This document shows, piece after piece, positions 1 to 11,900 of a stretch of DNA of 64,000 nucleotides. Each line of letters starts with the position of its first letter. Within the stretch, counting starts at the first letter, position 1. Made by a program: the position numbers and the translations under genes. A model generated the notes under the pieces. It worked only from the letters and a program-made list of their open reading frames with translations. It made no database searches and was not told where the DNA came from. This DNA comes from Azolla caroliniana (Eukaryota > Plantae > Polypodiophyta), in assembly GCA_043228905.1 (NCBI GenBank), contig JBHGNT010000068.1, forward strand, positions 1 to 64,000, in the 5' to 3' direction.

Positions 1-589
1 AAGTATTTTTATGCATTCTTTTGGGATTCTGTAATTAGCTTGTCTATCTCTGCATCATCAGTTATATCTCAGTTCATGGCCCGGATCGGATGATGTATGA
101 AAAACTTGTTTTATTTTGGGTTCCTGGTATGTACTGTAAAGACGATTAGGGCTAAAGTATGTGTGGTCTTATAACTTGCATCAGCTTAAGCGAATCAATG
201 CACTAGGATATTGAGTTTTTTCAGTTAAAAGATAATTTACGGGTTTCTGGTAAGTGCTGAAAAGAGGATGAGGGCTAAAGTGATATCTTATAATATCGGC
301 TTAAGAAAGTTAATGCATTAGAGTTTTCAGCTGAAGACAATTTCTGCATTGCAAACGGCATAGTTTTGAAAGAATTTATGCATTCCAAATTCTGGGTTTA
401 GGAATTTTTTCATTAGGATATTGCGTTTAGATAAATGGGTTGGGGTTAAGAATGTGTTTTTTAAAGTTTGATAATGCTATTAGGTTTCTAGATATTGAGT
501 TTGGAGAAATGGGTTAGGGTGTAAGGTTTTAATGAGATTTTACAGTTAAAAATCTAGAGATTTTACAGTTAAAAATCTATTACATTAAT

Positions 590-1382
590 AGGAATGAGTT
601 AATCAGATATGAGTTAAGCAATGGATAGAGATAAGTTAGAGATAAGTTATCTCTAGGCTGGGGAATGAGTTAATCAGATATGAGTTAAGTAATGGATAGA
701 GATAAGTTAGAGATAAGTTATCTCTAGGCTGGGGACAGATCTGATGCATTAGTAGTTATGGATAGAGATAAGTTAGAGATAAGTTATCTCTAGGCTGGGG
801 AATGAGTTAATCAGATATGAGTTAAGTAATGGATAGAGATAAGTTAGAGATAAGTTATCTCTAGGCTGGGGACAGATCTGATGCATTAGTAGTTAAGTAA
901 TGGATAGAGATAAGTTAGAGATAAGTTATCTCTAGGCTGGGGACAGATCTGATGCATTAGTAGTTATATGAGTTAAGTAATGGATAGAGATAAGTTAGAG
1001 ATAAGTTATCTCTAGGCTGGGGACAGATCTGATGCATTAGTAGGTTAAGTAATGGATAGAGATAAGTTAGAGATAAGTTATCTCTAGGCTGGGGACAGAT
1101 CTGATGCATTAGTAGTTATATGAGTTAAGTAATGGATAGAGATAAGTTAGAGATAAGTTATCTCTAGGCTGGGGACAGATCTGATGCATTAGTAGTTATA
1201 TGAGTTAAGTAATGGATAGAGATAAGTTAGAGATAAGTTATCTCTAGGCTGGGGACAGATCTGATGCATTAGTAGTTTAGTGAGATAATCAGATATGAGT
1301 TAAGTAATGGATCGAGGTCAGGAGGTTTAATGGATAGAGATAAGTTATCTCTAGGCTGGGGACAGATCAGATGCATTAGTAG
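590..1382. repeat. Tandem minisatellite, ~10 copies of a ~65-80 bp unit with a palindromic core, in the presumed 5' UTR intron of the first gene
   Basis: The unit ...aatggatagagataagttagagataagttatctctaggctgggg(acagatctgatgcattagtag) recurs about 10 times. The core tagagataa-g-ttatctcta is a perfect inverted repeat. Confidence 0.92.
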
Positions 1383-1821
1383 TATATTAGGGTTGGGATA
1401 GTTAGTGTTAACGCTACTTAGTAATGGATGAGGTCAGTACTAATGGATTGAGGTTAAAAGGTTTAATGGATAGAGGTCAGTACCAGGCCAAGGACAGAGG
1501 ATTTGAACTAGTATATTTAGGGAGGGATGAGGATGTGCAAGGGTCTTGGGTTTAAGAAATTTGATGTATTAGTGGGCTTGGGATAAAGATTTTCCAAGGT
1601 TTAGGAGGTCTAGCGATTAATATTTTAAGCTTTAGAAGGTTAGGGGATTTTTAAGGTTCGGAAGGTCCATGTTTATTTTAAGATATAGGAGATGCAGCGA
1701 AATTTAAGATATGATATTTAAAATGCATCTCAGGGATTAAGATGGATAATAAGGTTTGGACCATGGTTCTTTTATTTTGATTTCTTGCAGCTGTTTTATA
1801 TTGAGGAGATAATTGCTGCCC

Positions 1822-4252
1822 ATGGCTAGTGCATATGATTTGATAAATGACACTAATGAAGCAGAGGAGAGCTACAAAGGATACTCTGTCATCCCTGCTG
1901 AAAAGGTATATCAGTCTAAGATTGAAGTGGTTTTGTTTTGTGTTTCTTGGAGACTAAGACTGAAGTAATTGTGTGTCCTAGTTTGGTAGACAAGCCTTTC
2001 TGGTTTGTCTTGGTGGAAACCTCTTGCTTAGAGGTTTTAGTGATTTGCTTATATGTTTGGAGTATGCTTCATGTTGGCCAGTTTATGTTTGGATTTATGC
2101 TATTTTACTGTCAAAGGAAGGGATTATGGTTTTCATTTAATATTATTATACTATTTTACTGTCAAAAGGAAGCGATTATGGTTTTTATCTAATGTTATGT
2201 TGATCCTCAGTTTCATGCAAGTGAATTATCTTATTATTGAGGTCAAGGAAGCTATTATACTTTTCATCTAATGTTATGTTGACCTTGAAGACCCGCAGAG
2301 TCGACCACCTCTTTTTCTGTTTTAAATATATGGTTAAGATGATCATTATATTTTTATACTCTTAAATATACCTGTTAAATGTATGGTAATTATTGTTAAG
2401 GGAATTATCTTATTATTGAGCTATTATACTTTTCATCTAATGTTATGTTGACCTTGAAGACCCGCAGAGTTGACCGCCTCTTTTTCTGTTTTAAATATAT
2501 GGTTAAGATGATCATTATATTTTTATACTCTTAAATATACCTGTTAAATGTATGGTAATTATTGTTTTAATGTATTTGATATGGATGATGGAACCATCGT
2601 GTATGGTATAGATATGGCCCTTAAACGCCACCTCTCTGTTTTAAATATATGGTAAAGATGATAATTATATTTTTATTCACTTACCTGTTAAATGTACGGT
2701 AATTATTGTTTATGTCAATGTATTTACCATCGATATAGATGATGGTAAACCATCTTGTATGGTATAGATATGGTATGATGGAAAATAATATAATGAATTT
2801 GTGGCAGATAGTGGGTGGGTATAATCAGCATTTGAATGGCCCTGGCAGTGGCATGACGCATTTGTCTTCTGGGCTCTTGGAAGACATGACTTCATGCCTC
2901 ATTGTTTTGACCCATTCTTGCTTTGAGAAGTTAACCTATTTACCCTTTCCTGTCGGTGTGATTGTGGAGGCTATGGAAGAGGCTGTTGATCCTTACACGC
3001 ATCCACTTATCCATGGTGTTGAAGGCTTTACTCTACAGCTCCTGTCCACTGTCGACGACCAGGTAAAGAGTAGATACATAGGCTACTTGTATATGAAGAG
3101 AAACTGATTAAAAAAACTAATACAATTCATGTATGGATAGTTGTAGTTAAGAAACAAATCATTTGGATATGCTGAATTTAGATAAGGGTAGTTAAGAAAA
3201 AAAAAATCACTTCAGAGATGTTTTATTTAGTCCTGAATTGCGGTTGTATTCAGACAGCCCTTGCTGAGAAACAAAGAAATCATTTGGGTATTGTTTTGTG
3301 AGTCTTGCATTGCACTCGGTATTCAGACAGCCCTTACTAAGAAACAAAGATATCATTTGGATATGTTTTATTAGTCCTGAATAGCACTCGTATTCAGACA
3401 GTCCTTACTGGGGTTTTATTAGTGCTGAGCTGGTCAAAGAACTAACCCAATCACTAATGACAATGCTGTAGGGTAATTGCATAATTTATAAACAGAGAAA
3501 TCATTTAGCTAATTAAGAAACAGAAATCTTAGTCTTGAATTGGTGAATTGATATTATGTTATATTTTGTAGATCTATGTGGTTGGCACAACTGTGGAAGG
3601 TGTGATTCTTTGTGCATCAGGGCAAGTGAAGTTACTCCTAAATTTGCTTCACAAGAGAGGAGTTGTCGGTACAACTGCAGATTTTTGGGTACAACATGAG
3701 GCATCTTTGTCTGAAAAGACGCATGCCATTATAGATCTCGCCAATAAAGTGCCTTTGTTGCGATTCATAACTCCTCTCATATGTGCTATAGCAACACCTC
3801 TAGTAAAGGCTGTTTCGGATTGGCTTGTCGAGCATAGCCAATCAGTAGAGAAAAGCATTCAATATCAGCAAGATACTTCAAAGCATCAGGAACCAATAGC
3901 TATAGAGCAGGAGACGGATATTGAAAAGTCAAGGGGAGGGGAGGATGTATCCACAAAGGACATGGATAAAGCTATTGATCTGGGAGATGAGACTGTGAAG
4001 GGGAAAGAAGAGAAGGAAATCAGACCTGAGGAGAGAACAAGTCCAGTTGAGGAGAAGAGAAGGGCAGATAATCATAGGCTTGATGTTGGTGTTCATGATG
4101 ATAAGGAGAACGATGAAGGGCTGAGCAATGTATTGGAGATGATCGATTCTGGATGGCTTTTGGGATCCCCTACGGTAGTATCTCCAAGGGCGATTTCTCA
4201 GAGCCCGAACAAATCAATGAGTGCAAAATACACGAAACCGAGATGGGTTTAG
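1822..4252 (+). CDS. Three-exon gene (~339 aa), probably a divergent REF/SRPP (lipid-droplet-associated, LDAP)-like protein with an acidic C-terminal extension
   Basis: Exons 1822-1905, 2808-3062 and 3572-4252 join in phase 0 with GT-AG boundaries, and an upstream acceptor lies at 1790. The segments PVGVIVEAMEEAVDPYTHP...LLSTVDDQ and KRGVVGTTADFW...ANKVPLL resemble by eye REF/SRPP motifs (PLKPGVESVEGAV...LKYMDQK; RAGVVETA...LNQLPLF). Gene structure is well supported; the product is an inference. Confidence 0.55.
2222..2770. repeat. Degenerate tandem duplications (~170-190 bp) in an intron
   Basis: The block ttttcatctaatgttatgttgaccttgaagacccgcagagt...cctgttaaatgtatggtaattattgtt appears twice near-exactly, followed by a third partial copy. 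Confidence 0.8.
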
Positions 4253-4629
4253 TTCTTTCCGTGAAAGAATTGCATGTGAAAATTTGTTTTGTGTATTTTT
4301 TATATATGCGAAGCAAAGGGATAAAGATCATAATCTGGCTAGAGATAAAATTTTCAATGTGGGTTTTCTGTTCTGAATTGTTATAGGGCTTGAAACATTT
4401 GTGAAGAAGCTTTGTTTACTGTTCTTTATGGTTTTGGCCTTCGAATATTGCAGTTGTTTATGGTTTAATTTTTTAATTATTATTTAAAAAAATTATACCA
4501 TTTCTCTCGTTAATAATTTTTTAAAAATAGTCTTGTGTGCTACAGGATTTTTTATTTATTAAAATAATATGTAGTACTACACAAGAATTAGATCTGTCCA
4601 ATAATGATAACCTGTATATCCTGTATAAT

Positions 4630-5420
4630 AAACTTTTGTATTTCCTGGAATCAGCTGACATTAGTTTTCCAGAATGATATGATTGGCATTTGAACACTTG
4701 CTAACTCCTTGTGCGATTCTTTAAACAAAAAGGTTTTATTTCCTGGAATCAGTTGACATAAGTTTATGGCAATGATACGAAGATTTCTTACATAACCTAC
4801 ACAAGTTTTTACTGGAGACATCAGTGTCAGTTTTTCACAATGATAAATTGTCAAGCTCCACTGTAATTATGAGTGCTAAATTGACATTGGCAAAGTCCTT
4901 CAAAGCATGAAAGCAATGTGAACCTGCCTCAACATCGGCATTTGAACACTTGCCAACTCCTATGTTGTAATTATATGCTAAATTGGCATTGCAAAGTCCT
5001 TCAACGCAGTGTCAACCATGATAAATTGTCAAGCTCTGTTGTAATTATATGCTAAATTGGCATTGCAAAGACCTTCAAAGCAGTGTGAACCATGATAAAT
5101 TGTCAAGCTCTATTGTAATTATAAGTAGATTGCTAAATTGGCATTGGCAAAGTTCTTCAAAGCAATGTGAACCTGCCTCAACATCGGCATTTGCACTTGC
5201 TAACTCCTTGAGCAAATCTTTTAGCAAAAAGGTGGTGTATTTCCTGTGGCAATGATACGAAGATTTCTTACATGATCTACACAAGATTTTACTAGAGACA
5301 TCAGTGTCAGTTTTTCACAATGATAAATTGTCAAGCTCTACTGTAATTATAAGTGAGTGCTAAATTGGCATTGACAAAGTTCTTCAAAGCAATGTGAAGC
5401 TGCCTCAACATGAGCATTTC
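4630..5420. repeat. Complex local tandem duplications
   Basis: The motifs tgataaattgtcaagctc...gctaaattggcattg and ggcaatgatacgaagatttcttaca...catcagtgtcagtttttcacaa recur. Confidence 0.75.
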
Positions 5421-7659
5421 ATCTAGTGAAGTTTCCATCGACCTGCATTCAGGTTAAGGCTTATACCTTGTTAAGCCCACTACCAATACATAGGGACAGC
5501 TGGAAATGACACAGCATGTCCATCCATATAAAATGTTGGTACTAAGGTTGGTGCCTGTATGTCAATTCATTTTTGGCTTGTAGTGAACTACCTGAACAAT
5601 CCTCTCAAGGCCCCAACTCAATTGCGTGGAGCTCTATAGAAACTTGGGATTTGTGTGACTGAATGAGTTATGGTGGATGTTTATTGTGTTCGTTCACTCA
5701 TGTAAACATTGGATTCTTTGCATCCTAATTGTCTATAGTTTGTCACGTGGTACTGACAGAAAGATGTTCGATTGTTTCATGCTGAGATGTTTTATTGCTT
5801 CATGCTTTGTCCATGAAAATATTCCAAACGTATGGATGAAATGAAAGTTCAGAGGTTAACCTTTTGTACTCCATATCCCTAGCCTAATTTAAATGAAAAT
5901 ATTTGGAAAGCTTTATCCATTGGTCGAGATTGATATCGTATTCAATCCTAATGTCATCTAGAACTCAGACTTAGATCTGTTATATGAGGAATCTCCTAAA
6001 TCCACCTGTTATATGAGGAATTTCATTTATGATGTCCACCCATTAATGAGGAATATCATTTACAGTTGCAGATTTGACATCCATATGATGTGGCCGACAA
6101 TTGTTGCACCACAGATGTGACAAGATAATCTGAATCATCTTGAGCCTCGCAATTAGTGAAGAAGAATCCTCGGAATCTTCTCATTTCCTTTGCACATACT
6201 CGGAGGCTCTATGAACTTCACCTTGTAGCTGTCCTATGTTGTTGTCCCTTCAATCCACCTGAAATGCTCCTTTATCACTTCCATAGAGGTCGGTCCGGTG
6301 GATCATTACCATCAGGGTTAGGTTGACAATTTTGGTGTGACTTCCATTGTCCGTTCTCTTCAAATCTTCTCAAACCAACCATATGATCTTTCTATCAATG
6401 GACTTGCTTCAGTGTCGGGCCTAATCGAGTTGCTTACGGCTCACCATGTCCTCTTCCAAGTCAACATCTTCGAATCAGCTTTAGTAGAATCATGCACTCT
6501 ATGCCTCTTTTGAATCGTGCAAAATCATGTTTCCTACCATCAGACCATTTCTGCAATGGTTCAATTATGACGTTCCACTAGTCCATTGTGTTTTGGAGTT
6601 TAAAATTCTATCAAACTGCCTCCAAATACATTCTCAGAATGCATGTAATCATATTTAAAGAAAGTGTTCTAATTTCACTGACTGCATGACGGCCATCTGA
6701 TCTCAATGATCTCGAAAGATGCTCTAGGCATTTTCAATGTGTTGAATAAACATCAGACCCGAATGAGGTGCCATGACAACATTTTGCATTTTGCATACAG
6801 CTTGTCTACTTATGCCTTCTACTCCCACCAACTCTACATCTAATCTGAGTACAAGTCCAATAAGTTTGCTTCAGCTTTTGTCATTTTCAGTTCATCCCAT
6901 TTTCAGTCTTGGCCTATCAACAATCCCATTTTCTCTAGTGGCTATCTTTTGCTTTACTGTTTCTCAAAACACTCGTTTAATCAGCATTGCCTCTACAATC
7001 ATCATTGCCCCTAGTTTATATTACCATGCTTCCTTACAAGTAACAAAGGAAGCACAAAATCATATCAAAGAATCCATATTAAATAGAGCTCTGAAGCATA
7101 CAAGCGGTCTAATGAGAGTGATAGCTCACTTGCTCGTGAGTGACCAATCCTATACTGGATTCTAGGATTCCTTTCAAAGTGAATAACCATACAATGCTCT
7201 GAAGCATACAAGTGAGAGTGATAGCTCACTTGTTCGTCAGTGATTGTCCAATCCTGTACTGGATTCTAAAATTCCATTTGAAGTGAATAACCATACAATG
7301 GATTCTAGGATTCATTTTGTAAAATTGATTGCTAGTATGAGTGACTCATTCTGCATGCAATTGATGACCATTCTTTACCACTCTCCAATGATCCTTTTCT
7401 TCATTTTATGTCCAAAAATTCATTGTTATAAGATAGTCAAATTATCTGAATCAAAGTACACACTCATACCATATAAAGTTTGAATTTCCAAAGTAGAAAA
7501 GGGTTGTCAAACAATTCATTGTTATAAAGGTTCTCTGATGATCTGAATCAAAGTACACACTCTTATTACCATATAGACCTTGAATTTTCTAACATAGAGA
7601 AGCATTCTCAATAATACACCAACTCTTCTTTTGCATTTATGCATCATGGTAAAGGATCT

Positions 7660-8080
7660 ATGAATTTCATTCACATGGTCCTAATGTTTCCAATTGACAG
7701 GAATCATGAATTATACTAATCTAGAATTCTCAAAATCAAAACTCAAGTTTTGATTCAGATGGTTCCATTGTTTCCAATTGACCGGAATCAAGAGTTGAAT
7801 CCATTAACAAACCTTCAAGTCTTCAGTCTTACACTAATCTAGAATTCTCCAAATCAAAAGTCAAGTTTTCATTCATATGGTTCCATTGTTTTCAATTGAC
7901 TGGAATCAAGAGTTGAATCCATTAACAAATCTTCAAGTCTTCAAGTCTTACACTAATCTAGAATTCTCAAAATCAAAACTCGAGTTTTCATTCACATGGT
8001 TCCATTGTTTTCAATTGTCCAGAATCAAGAGTTGAATCCATTAACAAACCTTCAAGTCTTACACTAATCTAGAATTCTCA
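7660..8080. repeat. ~118 bp tandem repeat, ~3.5 copies
   Basis: The unit atggttccattgttt(c/t)caattg...aatcaagagttgaatccattaacaa...cttacactaatctagaattctc is repeated. Confidence 0.85.
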
Positions 8081-8970
8081 GAATGAGCAATACACTGATT
8101 ACGAGCACTATACAACTGTAAACTTTGAAACCTTCAACAATCCAAGAACTGTTCAATGTGAACCATATCACCATGACCTACAAAACATTGAGTCGTGTAT
8201 GTCCCTATCCAAAAATATTTTAACTAGTGATACATTGAGAGGCGGAAAACTGCAATCAATATCACTTATATTTATGACTTGCATAGAAAAGCTATCCTGA
8301 CACATACATATCTATGTTGCATAATCCAGCAGCAGATAATTCTTCTACTTATGGGATGATAGTATTAAGTTTTTATGGAAATTTAATTTTTATTTTTGTG
8401 CTTTGAAATATATCAGGAATGGCTTACACATGCCAAATGCTTCACAACTAGACAAGTGTGAGAGATCACCAACATTTGTTTTCAGCATGCATCCAAAACA
8501 GGAATTGCGTACACATGCCAAATGCTACACACAGCTAGACAAGTGTGAGAGACCACCAAAGTTTGTTTTCGGCATGCAACATTTGGATGAAGAGACAAAT
8601 CCCCATCAACTTTATGAACCATTCAAATACTAGAACTTAACCCAACTCCTTCTAACACTAAAATTTGCGAAAAACCTTCATCACATCAAATTGGATCTTG
8701 ATAGATATAAGAGAAGGGAAACCCTTGGTAAGACTATACCATCATATATTTCCAAATGCCTTGCTTTCTGTAGTTTGGCATTGTGTCTCTTCCAAGGAAA
8801 AGTACAAGTGTTCTTGTGTGAAGGGCAGTTATCACCTTTTTCATCATTTAAGGAATACTGTAGATGTCTAAATGAGAGGTTATATGAAGCAATAGCAGTT
8901 AGTTAATCGGGCTGCCCAAGACAAAAAGCCATGTAGTGTCTGTACTCTTACAAGCCCCCTTTGGAAACAA

Positions 8971-11900
8971 TCATTTGTGTAGTACATTTTTCTTTGTAAT
9001 CCGAGGACGTTTATTACTCTATAAAAACAATAAAAGAAGGGTAAGTGTCATTCCATCAAAACCTAACGCAAAATAAGACAACATACCTTGTGCTTCTCTA
9101 GTGCCTCTGCATCTGTCCGTTCCTTCCACGTGCTTTTACGAAGCTTTATTGGCCGGTTGCCTACATATTTACCTACAGAAAAATAAGGTGAAGATAAGAA
9201 ACTTGAACCACAGCCCAGTGGAAAGAGTAAAAACTAAGAAATCTTCTGACGTTAAATAGAATGGAAAAACACCGAAGTACCCCAAAACATTTCAGGTATT
9301 ACTGAATTTACTATTAGAAGGGAATTCTTCAAAATTTATTGGTATTCTCTTAAATATCTAAAAGTTTGCAGCATTTTGGTGCCTTACCCAAAACAATGAC
9401 ACAAGAATACAGTCACAGACCCCAATTCAACATACCATTCATTTCCTTCATTGCTAGTGCAAGCTCTGCTGGAGTTGAAAAACTCACAAAGCCATAGCCC
9501 TTGGTCTTTCCCGTGCGCTTATCCCGAACTACCTATTTTCAAGTCCATACAATGTTTTAGCTATATTTGTCTGGGTCATAGAAAGAGAATTTATTTAGAA
9601 ATATTCTGTGTTATCAAACCAATCATTCTTTGGAAATTTGTGATTCATGACATATGCCTTCAATCACATGTACACTGATACAGAAAGTACACCTCGAGCA
9701 GAGGTATTTAATTTTGTGCAATGCGAGTTGTTTCAAAACACCTTACAATTGCATATGGTGAAAACAAATGCTTAATAGTGACTGATCGATGCTGACATAC
9801 AATGAATGGTCTCAGTTCAGGGACAAGTCCATGAGTGACAGCAAAAAATGTCAGAAAACAACAATGGTCAACAAACATATCTAGTGAATCGTGTGGGAGA
9901 CAAATTTACTGGCAAATACTTATTCATGATGGACCATGGCTCATTTAGAGAATTAGACGGTTTAGAACATAAGCAATAACATAAAGTTTGATCCTTGGAA
10001 TGATGTAATGAAAACATGGAGTCTAATTACAGAAACCAATATATACCAACAATTTCTTGGTGTGATGGAGAAACTCTAAACATGGCTTCTGACACATTGA
10101 GGGTAGAACTTGGAAGATACATGTGTGCCAATATGTGGGGAGGTATGCAAACTACCTGGGAGAACAATAGCCAAGCACATTTTATGTTCTGCTCAGAAAA
10201 GACTGTAGAAGAACAGCAGTAGCTTGAATTCATTCCTACAGGTTTGATGCATAAAGATCACTTATCAAGCAGCATTTATATTCCACCAAAGCCTCAAGAA
10301 TAACTCTTTATACCTCTAAGTTACCATCATGAGAAGTAGAGAAGAGTCTTTACCCTTGCCATATTGAAATTTGTATATTTTGCGAATGCTTTTGTCAAGA
10401 CTTCATCATTCACTTCATTTCCTAGATCCCCACAAAAAAGGCGGTAATCATCTGAAACAACAAAATGCAAAATGTTACATCAACTATGACCAAGTCAGCC
10501 ATAAAAAAATCCATATTCAAAAATATGAATGGAGTTTATTTTAGACTGAAGTCAGAGATAATTTAAAAAAGGACGGTCAATTTTGTTCGTGAAGCTTGAT
10601 TACATGAGCAGAAGAAGAAAATTTTAGCATTTAGATTTTATAGCCAAGAGATTTCTCCGTCTATTAAGCATCATTATTGCCTAATTGAATAATGAATAGA
10701 AACCCAAAGGTCCATTATGCTATTAAAACAATCCTTCAGTATAGTTGGATGATGTTCTGCTTCTTTTTCAGGTATTTCCGCTGTGTATGTTGCCACAATT
10801 TTAAAACCAACTCATAACAAGCTATGTCAATACTGATCCTATTCTAAAAGAAGACGCATTCAGAAACTGCGGAACTTTTTGAAGTTTAACCAACAAAGAA
10901 TGGGGGAACAGTTATTAAGTCACAACGAAATATTGCACGAAAGGAACAACATACTTTCAGGCCAATCAGAGAGTGTAGGATCCTCCCATGTCTGTCCAGC
11001 TGCTTTACGAGGAATGGCCTTTTTTTTTGCCTCGGTTTTGTGTTCATTATCTCCACTTGCAAGCGCAGCCTTTACATTTTCAAGTGCTTCAGGTGTAATT
11101 GTCTGTGCATCCCTCTGGAAAAGCTGTTGTGCCTATTCATTGCAGATTCAAAGCACTCAGCATTGCAATTGCTACAATAAACTTGCAACCAACAAACTAG
11201 AAACTAAATATTGCTCTCCAAAAGAATAACATTCATTTGTTAGTTAAAATTCAGAGTTAAAAGACCAGTAAATCAAACATGATTCCCATATGGTCCATCT
11301 AATTGTAATCCCCAAACATCTAAAAATTAATGAAAACAGGGAACCAATTGTGAGCACTGTCTGAATAATGTGGATGTGTTTTATACAGCATGGAGTTCCA
11401 TCGACATACTAAAATTTGAGCTTAGATTGAAGTCTCTTCCTTTGTGAAAGGCTAGAATTTACTTTTCTTCCCAAACACATGTTCGCAAGATGGCATGACA
11501 GTGTGTAAGATAATATGCAAAAACAAAAATGTGTGACAGGAATGCTCACATTTCTACATCCATATCATTTATAAATCTAAGCATTCTGGATGTGAAACCT
11601 TCTTGTTCTATAGATCCTTCGAAAATAAAATAATAACAAAAATTAAAGGGAACATTAAATACCATATAGGACAGGCAGACTACCTTTTGGGTTAAGCAAG
11701 CATGATATATGAGCCTATTGTTTTCTCTCACCACTGGCTCGTAGATAATTATTAGTTGCTAATCAGTTTCACAACCTTGTGCTCTGTATGGCTTACATGA
11801 CACTTTATTGGTTTGTTTTGCAAGGAAAGGATAGCCAGTCCTATTAGAATGTTGTCTAACAGCACCTTCTATACAAGATATTGTGAAAGGGAAGAAAGAA

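Noticed and set aside
590-1382. CRISPR-like array of palindromic repeats
   Set aside because: The intervening sequences are repeated rather than unique spacers, there are no cas genes, and the context is a eukaryotic intron.
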